The notes beneath the pieces were generated by a model. The model did no database searches, was not told where the DNA came from, and saw only the letters and a list, made by a program, of their open reading frames with translations. A stretch of DNA of 62,751 nt, the filler included, from Globobulimina sp. (Eukaryota): assembly GCA_003354225.1 (NCBI GenBank). It is 18 parts of 18 records of this genome, joined end to end, with 100 filler letters (N's around TTAATTAATTAA, not from the genome) between each part and the next. Parts side by side here need not be neighbours in the genome. Positions count along the whole stretch, not along the records: positions 34,941 to 38,330 come from PIVH01002920.1; positions 38,431 to 41,820 come from PIVH01002921.1; positions 41,921 to 45,309 come from PIVH01002922.1; positions 45,410 to 48,798 come from PIVH01002923.1; 14 more parts are not named here. The stretch is one strand, 5' to 3'. Below are positions 35,839 through 45,533 of this stretch, in pieces. The position numbers and the translations under genes are program-made. Each line of letters begins with the position of its first letter. The first letter of the stretch is position 1.

Positions 35839-38103
35839 TTATTTTCCTTTCTGTTTTGTTAATTGTCTTGTTTTGAGAGTGGACGTAATCGCTTTATCAA
35901 AATTATCAAAATCATTCTGCTGTGGATATAATAACGATTTATCGGTTAAATATAAATAAATATTGCCATTGGAATCACCGCAACATAGATATTTGCCATT
36001 ATTGCCCCAATTTAGTTTGGTGACTGCATCGCAGTCATTGTCCGTCGGCACATGAATTATATTGATCGGTTGTTTGAAATCACACTTCAAATCGAATAAA
36101 TTCAACTTCCTATCCCCGTCACAACAGACAAACACGCCCGGTTTGCCACCAATGCACCACTTCACATCATACACATAATCATTTTGCCGCGTATACGTCT
36201 CAATGGATTGCAAATAGTCCGCATGCCACAATTTCACACTCCAATCATACGACGAAGTTAAATACAATCCAGAGATGGACGACGATATCTTTTTGATTCC
36301 CCGCGTGATGCTATTCCCATATTTGGGGAAATCGATATTTGTAATGGGCCCAAAATGAGCGTCCACGCATTGTTCCACTGCGATCACATCATTGTCCCCT
36401 TTGGAATTATGGATATCGGTTCGGTACAATTTGCCGGAGTCACTGCCAAATATCAGGTTGTCGCTATGCTTGTGCTGATACGCGAAACAAGTGGTGGACA
36501 GTTCTTGTGAGAAAGAGGAGCCAGCGCCGGATATAACGGCTATATCCTTGTTCAAGTTGGTCTGCGTTGAGCTGTAATAATGAGTCGCCTCATTCACCTG
36601 CAACAGGCCGGAATGCATTGCCTTTTCGTGCAACGGGTCGTCTTTGAATATGCACAGTTTGCCGTCATTGGAGATGGACAATAGATGTCTTTTCCTGTCG
36701 CGATCCCCATGGCCGCTGCCCGCAGATTGCAAGAAATCCATCGAGAATATGGCAGAGGAATGGCCGTCACTTAACGCTGTGCGTCGTACTGGTTTGCTGC
36801 CACTGCCATTCCTCAAATCATAGCACAATATCTGTCCGGATGTGGTCGACGCATAAATCGAAAACTTGTCCACCGGATGAAAATGCGTCGACGTTATCAT
36901 CGACTCCGAATATAGTTTGTATTCCGGCATCTTTCCCAATATCAAGTTCCAAACCAAAATAAAGCCATCGTTGTAAAAAGTGCTCTCAGTGTTCTCCCTA
37001 TAATACGACGCCAAAAACCAGTCCGTGTTACTTGAGCAAAAATTGATATCTCCAATGGCCCGACCCTCAGTTTCCTCCGTTGCAAACTTCGAAATATACC
37101 TCAATAAGTTCTTGTTTTTGGGCATTTTAGCTTTGCCATTTTCTTTCTTATTACGTTCATCCTGCTCATATTCGTTATATTTGTCGTCATCCTCATCCGC
37201 CACATCGTAGACAACCTCGTTCTTTCCCGCGGTGACCTGCACATAATCGATATTAAAATGCGTATTGTTGATACCCAACGTCCTTTCCATCCATTTGCTT
37301 TTTTTCTGGAAATTCTGCAGGAAATCCCCGCCATTCAACAGTGCATCAAACTCGTTTTCCGGCAGTATCTGGCGATTCTTCCTCGCGATTCTTTCCTTCC
37401 TTCGTTGCTGTATCAATAATAACTGCCGCTCTTTCCTTTGTTTCTCTTGTTTTTTTAGCAATTTTCTTTTGTTTTCCTGTTGGATGTATTCCTCGTCATC
37501 GCCGTACATAATGCTCTGCGGCGAAGGCGACAATGACTTCTCATGCATCCATAGCTCGCGCGGCCAACCTATTTTGTACTTACTTAGTATCAAATTGGCG
37601 GCCACTTCGTCAGTGATCGAAGCCTTTCCATCGGCGAACTCCTCGCCGTATTCCTCAATCAAATGTTGCGAGAACATATCGAAGTTAGTTTGCGTTTCCT
37701 TGTCCCACGTTTCTATGTTGTTTATGGGAGTGAAACTATAATTTTTTGAGCGCGAAAGGGTTAACGAAGAGGTTGGGCGCGGCGCGCGTAATATGGAGCT
37801 TTTATTTGGTGCGGCGGCAGAGGACAATAACGCGTCTTCTTTTATATCGTCGTCAAAATCAATGAAGGCGAGTAATGAGGTTTGCTTTTTTAACGATGTT
37901 CGTCTGTTTAAGGAGGACGTTCGTCGCATTAAGGGGTTGATGTTTGTGCTGGAAGTGGAAATAATTGGATCTATTTTGCCACCTAAACGAGCTGCCCTTT
38001 GGTTGCGTAACTCTTCTCGTTGTTTTTTGCGTAAGGCGAGCTTTTTTCGAGCTGCTTTTAAAGCTTCTTTTCGTTTCATTCGATCGCTTTCTGGTGTTGA
38101 CAT
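35839..38103 (-). CDS. Cytoplasmic dynein intermediate chain (WD40)
   Basis: N-terminal coiled coil, LC8-binding KETQT, F..KSKWMERTL, FLASY..DGFILVWN, HFGPIT, LTSSYDWSVKLW, DYVYDVKW. Confidence 0.9.
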   Translation of the reverse strand: MSTPESDRMKRKEALKAARKKLALRKKQREELRNQRAARLGGKIDPIISTSSTNINPLMRRTSSLNRRTSLKKQTSLLAFIDFDDDIKEDALLSSAAAPNKSSILRAPRPTSSLTLSRSKNYSFTPINNIETWDKETQTNFDMFSQHLIEEYGEEFADGKASITDEVAANLILSKYKIGWPRELWMHEKSLSPSPQSIMYGDDEEYIQQENKRKLLKKQEKQRKERQLLLIQQRRKERIARKNRQILPENEFDALLNGGDFLQNFQKKSKWMERTLGINNTHFNIDYVQVTAGKNEVVYDVADEDDDKYNEYEQDERNKKENGKAKMPKNKNLLRYISKFATEETEGRAIGDINFCSSNTDWFLASYYRENTESTFYNDGFILVWNLILGKMPEYKLYSESMITSTHFHPVDKFSIYASTTSGQILCYDLRNGSGSKPVRRTALSDGHSSAIFSMDFLQSAGSGHGDRDRKRHLLSISNDGKLCIFKDDPLHEKAMHSGLLQVNEATHYYSSTQTNLNKDIAVISGAGSSFSQELSTTCFAYQHKHSDNLIFGSDSGKLYRTDIHNSKGDNDVIAVEQCVDAHFGPITNIDFPKYGNSITRGIKKISSSISGLYLTSSYDWSVKLWHADYLQSIETYTRQNDYVYDVKWCIGGKPGVFVCCDGDRKLNLFDLKCDFKQPINIIHVPTDNDCDAVTKLNWGNNGKYLCCGDSNGNIYLYLTDKSLLYPQQNDFDNFDKAITSTLKTRQLTKQKGK

Positions 38104-38431
38104 GTTGCTACTTTGTTAGTGCAAAAAACTGGGTCAAAAAAAAACAGTGTTTAAATTTTACAAATTATTATTCGTGTTTCAGTAAATCCAGGATACATTT
38201 CAAGAATTTCTTCATCTGTATCAAAATAATTTGAATTAAATAATAAGGGTTTCTTAATATGTTTTGGCGGATTGGCATCACGAACATGTAAACATTGATT
38301 ATATTCATTATCTCCCCATAAATAATATTTNNNNNNNNNNNNNNNNNNNNNNNNNNNNNNNNNNNNNNNNNNNNTTAATTAATTAANNNNNNNNNNNNNN
38401 NNNNNNNNNNNNNNNNNNNNNNNNNNNNNNC

Positions 38432-39801
38432 AAACCAAATGTCGTCACATTTAACCGCTTAATCAAATGTTGCCGATACTCAAATAACATAAATGACGCA
38501 CACGAGATCTTACGATTAATGAAAAACGATTTCAATATATCGCCAGATGTACACACTTTGCTCGAATTACTGTATTTATACTCCGAAGTTAAGAAATTTC
38601 CAGAATTTAAAAAAAACGCTATTTAATTTATAAATTCTAGCTACGAGTCACGGATTTATTTGAAGATAACTTGATAAAAATCGAAAAAGAATTGAAATGT
38701 GGAAAGCGGCAATATCGACACAAAGCTTTCCGCGATGTAATTGACGCAATGCAAGAAACTAACGCTGCCATTGAATGCATTGAAAAAGTTTTTGAAATAA
38801 TGTTGACTGAGAACATTATTCCCGATGAAAACGTGTTAAATAAAATGCTGTATATTGTGATAGATCGACAGGACTCATTCCGCATTGTGTCTTATTTTGA
38901 TATGTTGGTCGAATTAATGTCAAGCAGTCAAAAAACGAAACCATTATTGATTGCGGTGCGTGCGTTGGAAATATTAATTGGAAAACAAAATGATTTTATA
39001 TCTGCCTATTATTTTATTGATAATTGCATCAAATATGGAGTGAAAATATCAAATAAAAGGGTCTTATCTCTTTATTGGCAATGTATAAAATGTGCATATT
39101 TGCATTTATCGCTATATGAAAATGAGAAGGATTATGTTATCAAATTGGTTGAAAATGCACGCGATTTACCAGCGCAATTACAACATATACAAATGATAAA
39201 TATTTTAAATAAACACCGTGTAACTCCGACGAGCATAAATGAGTTATATTCGTTTGTGTTAATGCCATTGTTGAAATTAAATATAGCTGCGATTGAGAAT
39301 AAAGACAATATCGTTTACGAGATTTTGAGCCATTGGTATGATTCATATTATATTACCAAAGATTTGTGGAATAATTACATTGTAAATGATGATGGCAGTT
39401 TGACATTGATCGAAAATATGTTAGCTGAGGATTTTGCAATTGATAAAGGTGCAGTGATCACAGTATTTGATGTATCTAATTGGAATCCTATTGAATTGAA
39501 AACGTTGTTAATCTTTCTCATTTTGGAGAGATTTGGTCATGGATTCATTAATAAAGGAATTAAAACACTGAACATCAAATTAACGGCGGATATGGATGTT
39601 GATTGTGAGATGTATGATGTTTTGAAAAATAAATTGATTTCATGTTATGGCGAAGATATTAGCCTCGATTTGATGGATTCAACACAGAATATATTGGAAA
39701 TTAATTTAGAGTCTTGGGGTAAATGTGTTAATGTTGAACTGACTGAAAGTGACTCTGACGATGAAAATGATATCATCGACAAAGATATGTACCTTGAATA
39801 A
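38432..39801 (+). CDS. Pentatricopeptide-repeat-like protein, 5' partial; intron 38588-38640
   Basis: KPNVVTFNRLIKCC..A.EILRLMK..ISPDV and FEIMLTENIIPDE repeats. The 53-nt intron joins the frames. Confidence 0.7.
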
Positions 39802-39928
39802 ACAGTCGCTTCTTCGCCAAGTACTGGGCCGAATGGGGATTGACAAATGATAGCGATGTTGACCACCCATGGTTATATTAAAAAAAACTTTGCTATTTAA
39901 AAGAAAATGTTTATTTAAAAAAATTATG

Positions 39929-41203
39929 TCAAGGTTTTACAGGATCCCAAACCCAAAAATTACAAATCCATTTGGTTCCATTTTTCAGTTTAACGGCTTC
40001 GTGCAATGTCAAGTCATCGCCATTGCCGTCCTCCAATAAATCATAAAACAACACAGCATTTCCCTTCCCAGGATGTGCTTTGATGCCTTTCCCATTCCTT
40101 GCCTTTGGAAACCATGTTTCGCCGCCACTGTATTCATCCAATTGTTGGTTCAAATAAAATAAAATTGTGATATAGCGCGATGCCGCACTTTTTCCATTAT
40201 CACTAAAGTCGTGATGTGCTTTGTATTCCTGTCCAGTTTCATAAAATACGGATTGCATATTTACCACATTCCTCTTCAACACAGCTTCGTCGATTTGCAA
40301 TATGTTTGCGGTGCGCTTATAAATCGTATCAATGATAATATGGTCGTTGTAGCCAAGCCAGGCGGTGCGAGATGTTCTGGTCTCGTCATTGTAATTTGCG
40401 TCGTTTGACTGTCCCGTACCACTCCGATGCAGTTTTGGTTGCGCCACTTTCTTAATTAACTCGCACTCAGTGTCGGATATTATATTTTCAATGACAAACA
40501 TCTTTGGTTTGACTGAAATCACTTCGACATTCACCTCAATCGAAGCACTGCTCTGACACTGCTTAATTTGCTCCGTTTCACTTAATGAAGGCTCGGGGAT
40601 ACATTTCCAAAAACCATTCGAAGACTCAATGTTATAAATCGTGCCAATCTCATCTGTCCCGCCCCGATTATACATATACAATATCGGTGAGGGACGATTA
40701 TAAAATGAGAGCCATGGCGAACCTGTTCGGTCAAAATATTCTTTATAAAATGTTTGCTTTTCTTGTAAGTTGATATAAAAGGGCTGCTTTTTGATATCGT
40801 CGTTTGTTGGCGGGATAACATAATCATTTATGTTTTTTGTGACTGATATCCGAAATATTTCATCCTCTGTTCCTGTGATCGTGAAATAAAATATATGGCC
40901 AATGTAGGAATTGGTTGCGGTCATTCCCTTTGGCCTTAACCTTCCTTTATATATTCCTTTATTGCGATATGTGTCAAACCAGTAATAATCATAGGTTTCA
41001 TCGTTTGGATTATACACTTTTATTGATTGTGCTGCACTGTGTTCTGAATACGATAATTCATTCAAATGATAAAATTCTGTCTGTTTCTGTATTAATTTTT
41101 GTCCCAATGTTAATTCAATACACACAGCACTGTCACCAGCACAGGTTATCTCCGTGTCGCCGCTACAAATGTTCACCAAAGCAATGATAAAAAGGGCTGA
41201 CAT
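39929..41203 (-). CDS. Prolyl 4-hydroxylase alpha-like 2OG-Fe(II) dioxygenase, secreted
   Basis: Signal peptide; RTSRTAWL, YKAHHD, RYITILFYLN, GGETWFP, LHEA..GTKW. Confidence 0.92.
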   Translation of the reverse strand: MSALFIIALVNICSGDTEITCAGDSAVCIELTLGQKLIQKQTEFYHLNELSYSEHSAAQSIKVYNPNDETYDYYWFDTYRNKGIYKGRLRPKGMTATNSYIGHIFYFTITGTEDEIFRISVTKNINDYVIPPTNDDIKKQPFYINLQEKQTFYKEYFDRTGSPWLSFYNRPSPILYMYNRGGTDEIGTIYNIESSNGFWKCIPEPSLSETEQIKQCQSSASIEVNVEVISVKPKMFVIENIISDTECELIKKVAQPKLHRSGTGQSNDANYNDETRTSRTAWLGYNDHIIIDTIYKRTANILQIDEAVLKRNVVNMQSVFYETGQEYKAHHDFSDNGKSAASRYITILFYLNQQLDEYSGGETWFPKARNGKGIKAHPGKGNAVLFYDLLEDGNGDDLTLHEAVKLKNGTKWICNFWVWDPVKP

Positions 41204-41269
41204 GGTTTCAACATAATATGATGACTTGAGGAAACTAGAAATGAGGACAGAAATAGTTTTGTGTTGGTA

Positions 41270-41820
41270 TCATTGTGTACCATTACATGTAAACTCGAAG
41301 ATATTAAAATTACGTAATTCTCGTTGATATACAAGTTGTGAATACTTTTCATTCAACCTTTTATTAATTATAAAAGGAACCATTTCCTCTGTTCGTCCGC
41401 CGTGACTTCGTAATCCATTTTGAATATGTTCCAATGAATGATCGTGTGGTGTCTTACCAATTGCCACATCTTTATCAGATATAACTGCAATATCTCCAAT
41501 TCTATCATGTGGTAATTGCAAAATAAAAGTTGCTGACTCTTTGCACAAAATCTCTTTAATTCCATCTAAAGATTCAATATAATCCATAATGCACTGTCTA
41601 TATTCCACAAAATCTGCGTCATCTTTATCCATAAATTCCTTATCAATGTAAACATAAACAAATGATCCCAAACTACCGTGATGTACAACATATGGATCTG
41701 TAATTGGGCAAATTACACGTATTCCACTTCCAAATTCTTTATTTAATAACTCTTGTAAATATATAATCTTTGTTTTATCATTCATTCCATGATCTGCTGT
41801 TATACCAATTGTACAATTCA
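41270..41820 (-). CDS. phnA: Phosphonoacetate hydrolase, 5' partial
   Basis: ITADHGMNDK, VICPITDPYVVHHGSLGS, LPHDRIGD, LRSHGG..E..VP, LRNFNIF. Confidence 0.9.
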
Positions 41821-41920
41821 NNNNNNNNNNNNNNNNNNNNNNNNNNNNNNNNNNNNNNNNNNNNTTAATTAATTAANNNNNNNNNNNNNNNNNNNNNNNN
41901 NNNNNNNNNNNNNNNNNNNN

Positions 41921-42088
41921 TATCCAATGGTGAATCTAAAATGGTGATCATTGATGAATATTCAGCTGAAATTGTTACCTCCATCCATTCGATTGGAATT
42001 ACGAAATTGTTGATCTCAATATCTTTAGCGTTACCATAAAATAATAATAGCACAAATAAAATCGATATCATCTTAATCATACAACTCA
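41921..42088 (-). CDS. Secreted protein N-terminus, 3' partial
   Basis: Signal-peptide-like MISILFVLLLFYGNA running off the contig. Confidence 0.4.
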
Positions 42089-42289
42089 TCAACGACAATA
42101 CGACATTAACGCATATATTAATTAGATGACAAAAACCTTTTAGTGTGCATTTTCCAAAACCGAACAAAAACCTTTTTACAACTACGCGAAGGCAATAAGT
42201 TTGTCCGAAACGTCGGTTTTTAAACAAATATATCCCATCCACCCATAGAAGCAAACACCAACAACAAATAATAAATCTTATTACATATC

Positions 42290-45200
42290 ATGGCTGCTCC
42301 TTCGACTAAACAAAGATATTCCATTCAAATCGTTTTATTGCAACAAATTAACAACAATGATAAATATATTGACCTCGGCAAATTGTTAGTTGCAATTTCC
42401 TCCAACATCACCTTTTTACAATTTATCACAACCGCAAAGAAAAAAATTGATAAAAAATTCGGCAAACAGCATCGATTAAATTATACCGAACAAAAAGGAT
42501 TACAATTATTCATTCGACCAAAACAGGACGAAGATATCAAGCAAATGAGACAAAAATGGGAAGAAATCATTGATTTTGATGATATTCTCAAAGATTATGT
42601 TTTACAACCAAATAATGAAGGTATTCGTGTGTATAATTGTCCCATAATTAATTAATTAGATATAATTCTTTTGTTTTCACAGTGATTGTATTTTTATTTA
42701 CCGAATGCGAACCAAAATCTTCCTCCCCGATGCCCGTACCCTTGGCACCAGTGCCACCGCCATCAATTCATGGACATGGCCACGGCCACACATTGACCGC
42801 AACCAAACCTATAATGAATACCAAATTAAATGTGTCCAAAATGACCTACACCACCATTAGAAACAACCGCGATGCAAAATTTTATAAAATTCGCTTAAAA
42901 TATTTTGAAAATGGCACGGGAAGAATTAATGAGATATTAAAGGAATTTCCTCGCAACATAAGCATTGGTGACGTAAAGAAGGAACTTTCGTTCATCTCTG
43001 GCATTCATACTCGATTGCAATATAAAACCGTTCCAAACATAATTGATTCAAATAAATGTATTTGTTTTGGTATTAGGCGGCAAACCAAAAAGACCAACAC
43101 GGCCATTGTGGAGAAGAAATTGGGCGGTCTTAAATCTATTACAAGCTATCCATCTGATGCAGTTTGCGAAATTTGTCGCAACAAACTATCCGATTTATGC
43201 ATTGAATGCCAAGCCGACTCCTTTGTTAATAATCATACTAAAAACGATTGCATCAATGCAGGCGCCACTGGTTGCGAACATATTTTCCATTGTCATTGCA
43301 TGCATCGATGGTTAAAAACTAGAGATTGCTGCCCGTTGGATAATAAAGAATGGCACTTTAAATGCGAAAAATCGCAGGCAGACATACAAAACGATGACGA
43401 TGCCAAAAACGAGGATGATAAGGCACAGATTATTCATTTTTATTATAAAAAAATCAATGATGCGTTGTTGCAACATATGGAGGTTAATAAAAAAGAACAT
43501 GGGATTGATTTTAATGCATTGACTGTGACTGAGTTATGCAAAATATTAACCACAAAAGTACAGAGATTAAATTTTAATGATAAACGACTGTTTGCAAATC
43601 AAATTGATGTAACATTAAAAAAAAATGTCGTTGTCAATAAAATTGGCTATGAACCTGATGGTGATAATATATTTCATATTTGTGGCTGTAAAAAACATGC
43701 GCATTTGATCAATGTCAAAGTACATCGCGTTCAGTTTGAATATCCGCGCAACGATGATGAGAAAAAAGGCAATGATGATAACCAAAGTGGCGGTGATGGC
43801 GATGGCAATGTTGGTGTCACTAAAATTAAAATTTATGACAGTCAAAGTTTTGATGGTATATCCTCCTCATTAACTATTACCGAATTAAAAAAGAAAATTG
43901 ATTTAGTAATGGATATAAAGACTGAGAAACAGACCTTATACCAATATAAAAGCATGAGAAATGAATATGAATTTTTAGAAAATGACACCCAATTATGTGA
44001 GATTGGTGATTTACGCCAAGATATAGAATTATTTGTAGAATCACATGTTATGCCTGTAAATTGTACCTTTGATGTGTTTGCAAATGGTTATTTATTACCA
44101 GATTACAACAATAATGCCTTATTATTTGATATATTTTCCGCATTTAACAATGGCAGTGATCATAATGGCTCTGATATATTATATTTTAGTCCCCGATGGA
44201 TTAGTCGTAAAGGTGCCTTTATTGCGAGGAGTGTAGCAAACAGTGAGAAGCATTATCAATCCTCGCGAGAAAACAGTACATTGCCTGACTCAGTGCGCCT
44301 ATCGGCAGCCTGGATACCATATATACCACAGACCAGGAAGGGAATGACTTCCTTTTTAAGTTGTTTGTATGTTATTTGTTGCAATAATATTCGTAATAAA
44401 GTCAATGTGTTGGGCATGATCAGATATTTAACATTAAATAAATTCCCAGCATTATTATTATCGTTTAAAATCATTTTAGATCGCAGGTTATTGCAATTAA
44501 CGCCGCATCACAAAGCTGCTTTAAGTAACGGATTTTATTATTTATTTCGTAATATGATCCCACTCAAAATCTGTAAAGATAATAGCAAAATATTTCAATA
44601 TTCACATATTATATTTTCGTACATTTTAGGTTTTTGTAAGGATGATAAATATAAAAAATATGAAGAATATAAACTTAAACAATTGTTTGACTCCGTTACC
44701 TTGACACGTTTAATTGACCCAGTTACCATTTCGCGCACTGCACAGTTAAAACACAAACAAGCGCAACAATTAAAACCCAAAACACCAACCACCTCAAAAG
44801 GGAAAAGCATAAAATTATTTGTAAAGACCTTAACCGGGAAAACTATAATCATTGACAACATAGAACAGGATGGTAACGTTTTAGCCATACAAAAGGCTGT
44901 TATGAATCAAGAAGGTATACCCATTCGAGCACAAACATTAATTTTTGCTGGAAAACAATTACAATCCAATACATCAATAACCAGTTATCGCATTACAAAC
45001 GAATCTACCTTACATTTAATAATGCGATCAATTGGTCCTAGCATTGCCGGTGCCTTTAGAGCTGATGACGAAGAAGAAGAGGAAGAGGAACATGATACCG
45101 TTTATTCGCGCAAAACCATACAAGAAAATGATGCATTTGATTATGTGACCAATGAAGAGGATATTATACCAAATGAACAAATGTCATTATTATTACATAG

Positions 45201-45309
45201 TTACAGTGAATCGAATGAAGTGTATATATGGGATTGGCAGAGTTTGCCTTGTATTGATTATAAAGTGTCTGATGAGGATATGAAAGGCAATGATGATAAT
45301 AATAATGGG
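42290..45309 (+). CDS. Large protein with Rbx1-type RING-H2 and ubiquitin-like domains; intron 42621-42682; 3' partial
   Basis: CEICRNKLSDLCIECQA..GCEHIFHCHCMHRWLKTRDCCPLDNKEW; IKLFVKTLTGKTI..QEGIP..Q.LIFAGKQL..ESTLHL. Confidence 0.85.
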
Positions 45310-45533
45310 NNNNNNNNNNNNNNNNNNNNNNNNNNNNNNNNNNNNNNNNNNNNTTAATTAATTAANNNNNNNNNNNNNNNNNNNNNNNNNNNNNNNNNNN
45401 NNNNNNNNNTAAGCATGATCCAAGTTATATGACCATGTTTGAATGATTGTCGACTTTAATTTGATTATAAACGTATAGTATTAAAATATAAAATTATAAG
45501 TGTGCAAGCTTCGAAACTCGTATATATAACATA

